DNA of 64,000 bases, taken from an uncultured Clostridia bacterium. GTDB taxonomy: Bacteria; Bacillota; Clostridia; Christensenellales; UBA1242. The notes under the pieces were generated by a model that saw only the letters and a program-made list of their open reading frames with translations, was not told where the DNA came from and searched no databases. The translations under genes and the position numbers were made by a program. Location: assembly GCA_934757825.1 (NCBI GenBank), contig CAKVLP010000001.1:93834-157833 (forward strand), given 5' to 3'. Positions 52,859 through 62,172 of the stretch are shown piece after piece; the stretch's first letter is position 1; the number at the start of each line of letters is the position of its first letter.

Positions 52859-53578
52859 ATGAAAAACAAAAAGAGGATTTTTAGCTTTGTGCTATCACTA
52901 CTGCTTATTATCCCTGCATTTTTTTGTTTGACCGCTTGTGGAGGCGATAATTACAAGACCGAATACGCTTGGGGCAAAACATTCACGTTTCAAGGGACTA
53001 TGCTAGATGACAGATCTAATTGGGGCAACAACAGCACAAATTCAAAGCTTGATCTAATGAAATTGGCATATAGTAACAATAATTTAAACTTTGCTGAGGC
53101 GACCGTTAATGATACTTTGAAAAACATTTCTGAAAGCAAAGGCAACAATGTAAACGAATTTTTAAACAATCTTGATACGATTGCAATACAAACACTAGCA
53201 AACAAATATAAAGACTTCTCATTTGTTGTGGGAAGCGAACAAGAACTTACTTTAAAGATAATTAAAGGCAACAACGAAAAAACTTACAGCCTTGTAAAAA
53301 CGCAACTAACATTCTACAATATTGTTGACGAAGAGGGTACTCAAATTGGTTATCTTAACAGCAAATTGGAAAGAAACAACAAAACTGACGGAAATCTATT
53401 TATAATTATAACAAGCAGTGCCTATTTTCCCGATTTCGCGTACAACTGCAAAATTTCCGTACCAACAATCACACCAATCACTGATGGATCGGCAGATTTA
53501 GAATACCTTGAAGACGGGACTGTTGGGAAAAGTAGTATCTCATTTACTTACACTGCTTATTTTAACGTGAAGAAATAA
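52859..53578 (+). CDS. Lipoprotein, unknown function
   Basis: MKNKKRIFSFVLSLLLIIPAFFCLTACGGDN with a lipobox, RBS AAAGGAG. The signal peptide resembles that of the 687-aa lipoprotein. Confidence 0.7.
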   Translation: MKNKKRIFSFVLSLLLIIPAFFCLTACGGDNYKTEYAWGKTFTFQGTMLDDRSNWGNNSTNSKLDLMKLAYSNNNLNFAEATVNDTLKNISESKGNNVNEFLNNLDTIAIQTLANKYKDFSFVVGSEQELTLKIIKGNNEKTYSLVKTQLTFYNIVDEEGTQIGYLNSKLERNNKTDGNLFIIITSSAYFPDFAYNCKISVPTITPITDGSADLEYLEDGTVGKSSISFTYTAYFNVKK

Positions 53579-53639
53579 TAAGACAAAGATAGCAGTCATT
53601 TTCGACTGCTATTTAATTCTTAAATTAGGAAGCAACAAT

Positions 53640-54509
53640 ATGAAAGTAGAAATATGCGAGAAGTGTTGTCTATGTTATGGCTCGAGCCGAGCCCTCAACA
53701 CAAGCATTGAGACAAGCAAATCTCACAACACAAAAGTGTACAAAGAACTTCTTCACAACAAGCGCGTTATGGACACGCTAGATCAACACGGCATAAAACA
53801 AGAAAACAACATTGAAAATTTCACACCCTCCGACCACGTAATTATTCGAGCACACGGAGAGCCTAAGAGCACATTTAAGTACTTAGATGACAAAGGGATC
53901 CCCTACACCGATTGCACTTGCCCGAATGTAAAGTCAATCAACAAACTCGTGGAACTTAAAGACAGCGATGGATACAAGATAATCATTGTGGGAAACTACG
54001 GACTGCACTCTGAAAAAATGCACCCCGAAGTTTATGCGACCTCACACTGGTGTCACGACCCAATTTTAATAGAAGACATAAGCGAAGTAAACAAAATCGA
54101 CCTTAGTTATGACAGATACTTTTTGGTGGTGCAAACAACCTTTTCAAGAGATAAAGCAGAAAAAATAATCACCGCGATTGAAAACCTTATGGCAAAAAAC
54201 AAGTTGGAGTTTAAATTTCTCAACACCACTTGCAGGTCACAAATCGACATAAACGAAGCGAGTGCAAAACTAGCAAGCAAGGTGGACAAGATGATAGTTG
54301 TTGGAGGGAGCAATTCTAGCAACACGCGCGAACTTTTTAACAATGTTTCTAGCCTTACTACAGCCTATCTTGTAGAGGGATTAGCAGAAGTAAAAGTGCT
54401 TGTAAAAGACGGAAAGCTAGCCTCTAACGACCACATAGGTCTTACTGGCGGAGCCTCTACAATGATAGAGGAATTATATGAAATTAAGGATTATTTAGAG
54501 AAAATATAA
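53640..54509 (+). CDS. ispH: 4-hydroxy-3-methylbut-2-enyl diphosphate reductase
   Basis: Three Cys-ligand regions: LCYGSSRAL, IIRAHGEP...DCTCPNV and NTTCRSQ. Also MIVVGGSNSSNTREL. Confidence 0.85.
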   Translation: MKVEICEKCCLCYGSSRALNTSIETSKSHNTKVYKELLHNKRVMDTLDQHGIKQENNIENFTPSDHVIIRAHGEPKSTFKYLDDKGIPYTDCTCPNVKSINKLVELKDSDGYKIIIVGNYGLHSEKMHPEVYATSHWCHDPILIEDISEVNKIDLSYDRYFLVVQTTFSRDKAEKIITAIENLMAKNKLEFKFLNTTCRSQIDINEASAKLASKVDKMIVVGGSNSSNTRELFNNVSSLTTAYLVEGLAEVKVLVKDGKLASNDHIGLTGGASTMIEELYEIKDYLEKI

Positions 54510-54533
54510 AAACCACCCGTTGGGTGGTTTTTG
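54507..54533 (+). terminator. Rho-independent terminator of ispH
   Basis: AACCACCC-GTT-GGGTGGTT followed by a T-run. Confidence 0.7.
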
Positions 54534-54578
54534 TCATTTAATACCTGCTTTTTGACAATACTAAAGTATTTATTGCCC

Positions 54579-55337
54579 TTATGCTCCCTCTATCAACATT
54601 TTATCTGCAACAAGCGCAATAAATTCGCCATTGGTAGGTTTTTCGTTGTTGCTATAAACTCTTATACCAAATAGCGAATTGATGTTTTCGATTTTACCTC
54701 TATTCCAAGCCACTTCTATTGCGTGTCTTATAGCACGTTCGACTTTACTAGAACTTGTTTCAAATCTCTCCGCAATACTTGGATACAAACGCTTTGTAAT
54801 AGAGTTAATGATATCTGGATTATCAATTGCCATTTTTATTGCTTCACGCAAAAATTGGTAACCTTTGATATGTGCCGGAATGCCAACAGTAATAAAGATG
54901 TTTGTTATCTTTTCTTCAAGTTGTTTGTTCCTAATTGGGCGCTTTTTAATCTCCAAATTTTCTACATTGCTTAGCACTTCGTTTAGCCTTACGTCTAGCA
55001 GTTTGAAGTCGATAGGTTTTATCATATAATAATTTACGCCCATCGAAAACGCGCGTTTTATAAACTGGTCTTCAAATATCGCCGAAGCCACAATTATCTT
55101 TGGGCAATTCGGCAACGCCTTTAATTTATCTATGAGCACATAGCCGTCGGCATTTGGCAAGACCAAATCGGTAATTACCACATCAACAGGCGAACTACTA
55201 ACATAGTTTACTGCGTCATCAACGTTTTTAAATGTGTCCATAACTTCAACAGTTGAATTATCTTCATAAAACTTCTTTATCCCCTTTTGTAAATCTTCAT
55301 TGTTGTCCACAACAACAATTTTGCAATTTTCTAACAT
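54579..55337 (-). CDS. spo0A: Sporulation master regulator Spo0A
   Basis: Start MLENCK at 55337 after GGGAG. Receiver domain (VVITDLVLPNADG). The C-terminal domain has the Spo0A signature ITVGIPAHIKGYQFLREAIKMA...SKVERAIRHAIEVAWNRG. Confidence 0.92.
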   Translation of the reverse strand: MLENCKIVVVDNNEDLQKGIKKFYEDNSTVEVMDTFKNVDDAVNYVSSSPVDVVITDLVLPNADGYVLIDKLKALPNCPKIIVASAIFEDQFIKRAFSMGVNYYMIKPIDFKLLDVRLNEVLSNVENLEIKKRPIRNKQLEEKITNIFITVGIPAHIKGYQFLREAIKMAIDNPDIINSITKRLYPSIAERFETSSSKVERAIRHAIEVAWNRGKIENINSLFGIRVYSNNEKPTNGEFIALVADKMLIEGA

Positions 55338-55461
55338 AATCAATCTCCCTTCAATTTTTTAATGACACAATCATCTTAACACTACTGCAAGGGTTATCCA
55401 ACACTTTTGGGGGAAATAAAATGAAGTAGTTTGCAACATTTTGCAAAGTATATTAGAATAT

Positions 55462-55468
55462 TGTCGAA
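55462..55468 (+). promoter_or_regulatory. Candidate 0A box upstream of spo0A
   Basis: Exact TGTCGAA about 125 bp upstream of the spo0A start. A single 7-mer hit, which could occur by chance. Confidence 0.25.
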
Positions 55469-55787
55469 AATTATTTGAAATTATCTTTATGGTTCGGTTT
55501 ATGCTACAAAAGTAAGTAAAAAAATGTTTTTTACAAATCTTAAAAACAATTGATCAATATATGGCACTTTTGTTTTTTTATTTGGGATAAAAAGAATTTT
55601 TTGAATGAATTACTTAACTTACATTATTGTTTTTTTACTCCTTTAAAAATTTTAACTTTGCACAGTTGACTAAAATTGATTACGATGCTATTATAGTAAC
55701 AACGATAAAAAATTGTACATGCAAACAAGTTGCACCTGTTCAAAATTGGACAAAGGCGTGCCAAAATGTTTGAAATTGGAGAAGCAT

Positions 55788-56318
55788 ATGAAAAAAGCGC
55801 CATACAAAAATGCGATTAGGTCAAAACAACTTATAAGACAAGCGACCATTACCCTACTAGATAAAAAGGGATCTTACGATGAAATAACCGTGTCGGACAT
55901 TTGCCACGAGGCAGATATAAATCGCGGAACTTTCTACAACCACTACGGCAACCCGATTGAGGTACTAGAAGAGATTAAGGAAGAACTTATGAATAGGCTT
56001 ACCACCACCTTAAAACAAAACGCGGGCAAAAAAGACATCAACGCGCTAGTTGATACGGCAATTGAGCACATTCAGAAAAACGATACCGAATACCGAAAAA
56101 TTGTAAAGATTATCCCACTATCGGTTATTGACAAATTAAAGCAAGAACTTATCACACACATAAGCGCATTCCGCCTTGACATTGACGAGATGACTTTGTA
56201 TTTAATTGTTAACGGTATATCGGGATTATATTTTGACTTTTTAAAAGGCTCACTAAATTTGTCATATGAAAAACTTGCGCAAATCACAAAGCAATTTATA
56301 AAGAAAAATATTCAATAA
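55788..56318 (+). CDS. TetR/AcrR-family transcriptional regulator
   Basis: Start MKKAPY at 55788 after GGAGAAG. HTH TVSDICHEADINRGTFYNHYGN. Confidence 0.8.
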   Translation: MKKAPYKNAIRSKQLIRQATITLLDKKGSYDEITVSDICHEADINRGTFYNHYGNPIEVLEEIKEELMNRLTTTLKQNAGKKDINALVDTAIEHIQKNDTEYRKIVKIIPLSVIDKLKQELITHISAFRLDIDEMTLYLIVNGISGLYFDFLKGSLNLSYEKLAQITKQFIKKNIQ

Positions 56319-56362
56319 ATATAAGCCTATTATATAATAATAAATAAACATGCTTGCAGAAA

Positions 56363-56402
56363 TAAAAAAAATCAACCTCGTCTTGAGGTTGATTTTTTTT
56401 AT
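56363..56402. terminator. Rho-independent terminator
   Basis: ATCAACCTC-GTCTT-GAGGTTGAT flanked by A- and T-runs. Confidence 0.7.
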
Positions 56403-56722
56403 TTTCAAATATAGAAATTTTTAAATTAAACAACATAAAAAAATTGATGAAATAAGAAATTTAATAATATAAAGATTTATAACACATAAAGTTTAATAAT
56501 TTAAAAATTACAAATCTAAAATATTTGGCTTCTTAATTTCATTAAAATTTTTACAATCCGAAAAATCACAAACAAGACATTTTGCAAATACTAGCACATA
56601 CATATTTGACTAATATCTACAAATAATTTAACAATAATGTTTTTGTCAAAAACTTATGGTATATTGTCAAAAAGCATTATGTATAAGACAACACCACACA
56701 ACAAAATGACAAATGCCAAAAT

Positions 56723-57946
56723 TTACTTTTTTCGAAGAGGAGAAAAAACATTCATAAGTGGAAGAGTTTTCCCCTCAATTATTGCTTCGATTATTTCTAT
56801 TCCATACATTGCATTTATTATCCCATTCGCTCCACAACTTACAAACCAAATAAGCCCTTTTCCATCTTCGCCAATTATACCCATATTGTTTTCAGTGGAG
56901 CCAAATGCGCCACAAAACTGATAATCCGCCTTAATAGTTTCGGCGTGTTCCTGAAAGAGATTTTTTAGCCAGTTTAGCAGGGCGTCGTATTTTTTAAGCG
57001 CAGTTTTTTCATCAATAACGCCCTTTAACTTTACGTCTTCTCCACCGCAAATAATTCGGTCATCAGGGAGAAATCTCATATAATGATATGGTTCCATATT
57101 ATCTTGAACCAACGCCAACTCCTTCCATTTCAATTCCGGCAAAGGATTTGTGACAATTGTATAGGAAACATAATTATCACAAAGGTCACAAGTTTCAAGT
57201 TCGAAATTAAACCCTGTGGCAAGCACAACTTTTTTGCACTTTATGGTTTCGCCAAAACTTGTTTCACACAAATAAAAGTCGCCCGTCTTTTCAATTTTAA
57301 CAATCGTGGTATTTTCAAAAATACTATCTTGATTTTTACTATTTTCAATCAACATTTTGCAGAACAAATACGGATCAATTTCACAACCGCCATTTGGAGC
57401 ATATATCCCACACTTTGTTTGGAAGTTGTAATCACCATCATTTACAAGGCTACATTTTAGTCCGTTTTGTTTTCTAAACAGATACTCCTTTTCCATATCC
57501 TTTTTGTCGGATGCCGAATTGGAAAACAAAAGCGTTGGGCGTTTTGAAAACGCGCAAGGGTTTTTAAACTTTGCCGTCAGAAGTGAGAGTTTTTCAATTG
57601 AATTTAGACCCATATTGTATATGTCGATTATATCCCGCTCGGACAAATTCTTAGACAAGTCGCCAGCAAAATCATCAAGTTGATATTCTAGTAGACAGGT
57701 TGCACACGACGTACAACCCGCGCCAATTTTCGAGCGATCGACCAAAGCGACATTGTATTTTTCAGCAAGGTAATAATTTGCGATTACGCCATCAATGCCA
57801 GCGCCAATTATTAAAATGTCGCACTCCAAATCCTTATTTAAATAAGGAAAAGATTTGATTTTTTGATTAGTTTTGTAAAAATAAGGCACACCTTTAACAT
57901 ATTCCATACATTTATGTTTCACATTTTTAAAAGTTTTATGATACAA
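56723..57946 (-). CDS. FAD-dependent oxidoreductase (DAO family)
   Basis: Dinucleotide-binding motif DILIIGAGIDGVIANYYLA. 407 aa. Confidence 0.7.
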   Translation of the reverse strand: MYHKTFKNVKHKCMEYVKGVPYFYKTNQKIKSFPYLNKDLECDILIIGAGIDGVIANYYLAEKYNVALVDRSKIGAGCTSCATCLLEYQLDDFAGDLSKNLSERDIIDIYNMGLNSIEKLSLLTAKFKNPCAFSKRPTLLFSNSASDKKDMEKEYLFRKQNGLKCSLVNDGDYNFQTKCGIYAPNGGCEIDPYLFCKMLIENSKNQDSIFENTTIVKIEKTGDFYLCETSFGETIKCKKVVLATGFNFELETCDLCDNYVSYTIVTNPLPELKWKELALVQDNMEPYHYMRFLPDDRIICGGEDVKLKGVIDEKTALKKYDALLNWLKNLFQEHAETIKADYQFCGAFGSTENNMGIIGEDGKGLIWFVSCGANGIINAMYGIEIIEAIIEGKTLPLMNVFSPLRKK

Positions 57947-58038
57947 TTAAATACGTGGTTTGAAATAATATATATTTTTAAATTGAGTTTTTAGGTCAAA
58001 CCATTATTTTTTTAATAACAAGTACATAAGGAGTATTT

Positions 58039-58980
58039 ATGGAAAAACAAAAAACCTTAGTTATTATGGCTGCCGGAATGGGAAGCAGATTTGGCGGTTT
58101 AAAACAACTAACACCTATCGACAAAAACGGAAACTTTATAATCGACTACTCTATCTACGACGCAATCCGCACCGGATTTAGCGAAGTGGTCTTTATAATC
58201 AAACAGGAGCACTACGACCTATTTAGAGAGACCGTTGGAAAACGCGCGGAAAAACAAATCAAAACAAGTTACGCTTTCCAAAACAACTCTAACGTCCCAG
58301 CGAAGTTTAACTTGCCAGAAGGCAGAAAACCACTGGGAACCGCGCACGCGATTCTTTGCGCCAAAGACAAAATTAAGTCCGACTTTGCAGTAATCAACGC
58401 AGACGACTTCTATGGCTATGACGCTTTTAAGACCGCATCGCAGTTTTTGGACAAAAATCTCGACCCTAGCACTTACGCTCTTATCGGTTACAAGGCCATT
58501 AACACCATAGGTGAAAATGGTAGTGTGAAGCGCGGAATTTGTGAGACGGAAAATGGACACTTAAAGAAAATAACCGAATCAAGTCTTTGGGTGGAGAATG
58601 GTCAGATTATGGCAAAAGAACTTGAAAACCCAGACGCAAAAACAATCGCTATCCCAGACCAAACAACTGTTTCAATGAATATGTTTGGACTAACTAAGGA
58701 ATTTTTAAATCAACTAGACCCTCACTTTATGACTTTTTTACATAAAAACAAAAACAACCTTAGTACTTGCGAGTTTTACTTACCTATGCTAATAGACGAC
58801 CTTGTAAAATCAAAAGACGCCAAAGTTGAAGTAATCCCAACCAAAGCAAAATGGTACGGAATGACCTACAAAGAGGATTTACAAAAGGTTGAAAACTCAA
58901 TCAACGATATGGTAAAAGCAGGCGAATACCCAAGCGACCTTTGGAACGCCAAAAATTCATCGAAATGCACAAAACATTAA
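58039..58980 (+). CDS. Sugar-phosphate nucleotidyltransferase
   Basis: LVIMAAGMGSRFGGLKQL (the G-x-G-t-R motif of the NTP_transferase fold). RBS AAGGAG. Confidence 0.7.
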   Translation: MEKQKTLVIMAAGMGSRFGGLKQLTPIDKNGNFIIDYSIYDAIRTGFSEVVFIIKQEHYDLFRETVGKRAEKQIKTSYAFQNNSNVPAKFNLPEGRKPLGTAHAILCAKDKIKSDFAVINADDFYGYDAFKTASQFLDKNLDPSTYALIGYKAINTIGENGSVKRGICETENGHLKKITESSLWVENGQIMAKELENPDAKTIAIPDQTTVSMNMFGLTKEFLNQLDPHFMTFLHKNKNNLSTCEFYLPMLIDDLVKSKDAKVEVIPTKAKWYGMTYKEDLQKVENSINDMVKAGEYPSDLWNAKNSSKCTKH

Positions 58981-59054
58981 AATAATATAGCAATCGTTTG
59001 ACCGCAATCACACAATTTTGCTAAAATGAATACAACAAACAAGGGAGGAAAAAT

Positions 59055-59909
59055 ATGAAAAAACTTAAAAATGCATTGGTTGCATTGGTTTTGGTGTTCT
59101 GCACATTCGCACTTGTTGCTTGTGGCGGAAAAGCACAACTTGACCAAGAAGCCAGCGTATCTAAAAAAGGCTTTGTAGCATCTAACAAAGAAGAAGTTGC
59201 AGCCGTATTCGAAGGTGACACTACACCGGAAGAATTTGAAACCACCAAGTTTCAAGCCACTATGACAATGAAAGGAACCACGACAATGGGTGGTATATCT
59301 GTTACTATGGACATCTTGATGAATATGTATATCACTTGTGACGAACAAGGAGAACCTACTAGTTTCGCAATTAAATTGAAATCTGGTGATGATTTTGTTA
59401 CAAATATTTATTTCCAAGATAAGAATGCATACTTCTACTGCAAATCAGAAAAAACAGAACTAAAATACAAAATGCCACTTGATCCAACAAGCGATAAGCC
59501 ATTAACTTCTGTTGCTTCAATTGTGTCAATGTCAAGTGCTATACCTTCATTAGCTCAGTTGGCATTCTCAAATGCCTTTGATGTAGAAATAGAAGGTATG
59601 AAATTCGAAAAAGCAATTAAGGGTGACAACGCAAGATATCACATTGCTTATACACAACCAAAAAGTGAAACGGAAAAGGAAGCAACTTACAACCTTTATA
59701 TTCAACTTAACAAAAATACAATTTCTGCTATTGAAGCAAATGTTGAAAGTGACGGCATTAACGCAAAAATGGCCGCATCTCAATTTAATGGAGAAATTAA
59801 ATTCCCATCATTCAAAGACTATAAAGAAGCTAGCGAACTTGAAATGACTGTATTAAACACTCAAATCGACGCTATTCTCAAAAGCATTAACGGTGGTATT
59901 GATCTATAA
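59055..59909 (+). CDS. Lipoprotein, unknown function
   Basis: MKKLKNALVALVLVFCTFALVACGGK with a lipobox. RBS GGGAGG. Terminator at 59921-59953. Confidence 0.7.
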   Translation: MKKLKNALVALVLVFCTFALVACGGKAQLDQEASVSKKGFVASNKEEVAAVFEGDTTPEEFETTKFQATMTMKGTTTMGGISVTMDILMNMYITCDEQGEPTSFAIKLKSGDDFVTNIYFQDKNAYFYCKSEKTELKYKMPLDPTSDKPLTSVASIVSMSSAIPSLAQLAFSNAFDVEIEGMKFEKAIKGDNARYHIAYTQPKSETEKEATYNLYIQLNKNTISAIEANVESDGINAKMAASQFNGEIKFPSFKDYKEASELEMTVLNTQIDAILKSINGGIDL

Positions 59910-59920
59910 TAGATCCAACT

Positions 59921-59953
59921 AAAAAACTCGCTTGAAAACAAGCGAGTTTTTTT
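59921..59953 (+). terminator. Rho-independent terminator
   Basis: ACTCGCTTG-AAAA-CAAGCGAGT followed by a T-run. Confidence 0.7.
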
Positions 59954-60286
59954 ATATTCTGCCACCCATCAAACTTCCCCGAGTTGTATTTTCTAAGCCC
60001 CAAATTAAAACTTAAAAATGCAAAAAATCATCTTAAAAAAGAGTGCTTAGGGAATCCTAAACACTCCTTAAAAAACTAAAAACATCTTAAAATAAGAAAT
60101 AATAATGCTAAATTACATTTTTTAGGACAGTCATTAAGGCAACAATTGTTTTTGTCGCTTATCGGAATTTCTTTGATTTTTGTTTTCCTTACGACTGGAA
60201 TGCTCAAAACATTGCTTTTAAAACACAATGTTTTTCCCGCTCTATTGCACTCGACTAACGCCTGAAACCTTAATGTTTTGCCCATC

Positions 60287-61057
60287 CTAGTTTACTTTAA
60301 CCTCGAAAGTAACTGTAATCTCGGCGTTAGGCGCTAAGTCGTTTAACTTAAATCCAACGGCTGGGTCGTAACCCTCTTGTTTTACGCCGTCAATCTCTAC
60401 GCTATTTTCAATAAATGTGGTGCCCTCTGGGATTGGGTCCTTGAAAGTAATGTCAGTGTTGGTGGTGTTACCAATATTTCTGACAACGTTTTGGAATTTA
60501 AGTGTTTCGCCCGAAATAACGGCACTCTTATCACTTGTTTTGGTAATTGTGACATCTTCCTCAACAAGTTGAACTGATACGGTATTGGAGTTTTCCACCA
60601 AGTTGTCTCTTTCGGCAACGGTATATGTCACCTGAGAAACCGCATTGAGAATATCGGTTGTAGGATTTTCTACCACTGTTACGGTGTACTCAATTGTTGT
60701 AGTTCCGCCGTTTTTGGTGATGTCGTCGGTTAGTTCGAAGCCAGTAACTGGGTTGTACTGATCGTATAGGGTTCCATTGATCGTAACCGTGCCAGTGTTG
60801 AAGGTCGCTTCGTTGTTAAGAATGTCTTTAATTGACACATTGCTTATATCGTAATCGCTTTCGTTTGTAAGCTTTAAAGTGACTTTAACCTCGTCGCTTG
60901 GCTGAGCAAATTCTTTATCTGCCGACTTTTCCTTCTTAAAAGATGTTGTCATATATTCTGTCATTGACTCGTTGCTTTCTATGGTGACAGTCTTAGTACT
61001 ACTGTCTGGCAACTCATAAGTGCAAGTGACATTGGATTTGTTTAAAATCTTTGACAT
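60287..61057 (-). CDS. DUF11-type repeat protein (two beta-sandwich repeats), no signal peptide
   Basis: Two repeats of the pattern V-T/K-L-T-N...N-V-S-I-K-D...F..G-T/S-V-x-I-N/D-G...Y-D/N-P..G-F-x-L. Examples are KLTNESDYDISNVSIKDILNNEATFNTGTVTINGTLYDQYNPVTGFEL and VRNIGNTTNTDITFKDPIPEGTTFIENSVEIDGVKQEGYDPAVGFKL. Confidence 0.6.
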   Translation of the reverse strand: MSKILNKSNVTCTYELPDSSTKTVTIESNESMTEYMTTSFKKEKSADKEFAQPSDEVKVTLKLTNESDYDISNVSIKDILNNEATFNTGTVTINGTLYDQYNPVTGFELTDDITKNGGTTTIEYTVTVVENPTTDILNAVSQVTYTVAERDNLVENSNTVSVQLVEEDVTITKTSDKSAVISGETLKFQNVVRNIGNTTNTDITFKDPIPEGTTFIENSVEIDGVKQEGYDPAVGFKLNDLAPNAEITVTFEVKVN

Positions 61058-61187
61058 ATAATCTCCTATTGTGGCTCTCGCCTATTTCATAATATGCAAA
61101 AAAACAAAATTTGTTTGTGTTTTGCGACCCAATTTCACAATTTTTTTTCCCATTCGATATAATGATATAGACTCCTTTGGAGGGATT

Positions 61188-62147
61188 ATGAGAAAAAACA
61201 CAAAGATTTGCGGAGTATGTAAAAACTATTTTAGTACGCCACAAGGTTGTCCTACAAGTATAGTAGGACCAAGAGGTCGAACAGGCGCAACTGGGGCTAC
61301 GGGAGCCACCGGCGCAACTGGGGCAACTGGCGGAGAATTTTTGGTGCGTTCCACTACGACCACCGCCCCTACCAACAACGCCAAAGTGGACATAATATTT
61401 GAAAACAACAAAAATATGCTCGATTTCTATATCCCCCGCGGGCAAACGGGCGCAGTCGGGCAAGTTTTTGCGGGAGACTTAACCATTCTTGACCCAAACG
61501 AAATGGCGCACGTTGAGGACAGAGTCGAGGGCGACACGCACTTTTTTGACTTTTATGTGCCACGGGGGTTTGCGGGAGAAAAGGGCGAGCGCGGAGAAAA
61601 AGGCGACAAGGGGGACACCGGGCCTGCGGGGCCGGCGGTCGAACCAAGAATATTGTCCGCTGAGATACTATCCTACAACGACGACCCCACACACTTTCCC
61701 GTTGAGGGGCAAAAGATTCCGTCAAACGAGAGATTGCCACTTCTTAGGCTAGAACTTGACAGTGGCGGACTTATCAACCTTGACCCAGTCGACAACATAA
61801 TTCAATTTAACAAAACCGGCGTATATATGGTGACTTTTAGCGTGAATGCTTATGTAAAAAAGAGCGCACAAGAATTCAATCCAGCGACCGATTTTGTGTC
61901 GGTTGCATTTAGAGAAGTCGACAGCGACAATATTTTGGCCGCATCGACCACTTGGACACCCACCGAATGCGCGTCGAATATGTATGGGCAAGGCGTGATT
62001 GTTGTGACCGACCCAGCCACCCCATACGAACTTGTAAACACCCAGAAAAAGAGCATTTATATAAACGGGTGCAATGTCACCCAAACCATTTCGCACTCTT
62101 ATTTTTCGGTGCCAATGGTTTCTATTGTCATTTTAAAACTCATATAA
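61188..62147 (+). CDS. Collagen-like protein with a C-terminal jelly-roll-like domain (BclA/exosporium-type)
   Basis: Start MRKNTKIC at 61188 after GGAGGG. G-x-y runs GPRGRTGATGATGATGATGATG and GFAGEKGERGEKGDKGDTGPAGPA. The ~180-aa C-terminal domain contains FNKTGVYMVTFSV. No signal peptide. Confidence 0.7.
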   Translation: MRKNTKICGVCKNYFSTPQGCPTSIVGPRGRTGATGATGATGATGATGGEFLVRSTTTTAPTNNAKVDIIFENNKNMLDFYIPRGQTGAVGQVFAGDLTILDPNEMAHVEDRVEGDTHFFDFYVPRGFAGEKGERGEKGDKGDTGPAGPAVEPRILSAEILSYNDDPTHFPVEGQKIPSNERLPLLRLELDSGGLINLDPVDNIIQFNKTGVYMVTFSVNAYVKKSAQEFNPATDFVSVAFREVDSDNILAASTTWTPTECASNMYGQGVIVVTDPATPYELVNTQKKSIYINGCNVTQTISHSYFSVPMVSIVILKLI

Positions 62148-62172
62148 AAAAGCCAAGATTAAATTCTTGGCT

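Noticed and set aside
53640-53700. An unusual Cys cluster (CEKCCLCYGS) at the IspH N-terminus.
   Set aside because: The three canonical Fe-S ligand regions are all present in the normal order. The extra cysteines alone do not justify a finding.
60076-60285. A 69-aa Cys-rich ORF immediately downstream of the DUF11 gene, a possible small spore-coat protein.
   Set aside because: It has no usable RBS (AGG abuts the ATG). The region contains a 9-bp-stem hairpin (60206-60234) that looks like a transcript end, and the composition looks non-coding.
61014-62096. Five overlapping ORFs on both strands across the collagen-like gene (61014-61463, 61226-61411, 61369-61740, 61489-61752, 61749-62096).
   Set aside because: They are a by-product of the local GC-rich G-x-y codon repeats, which suppress stop codons in other frames. 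The real gene is the + strand frame with the RBS at 61188.
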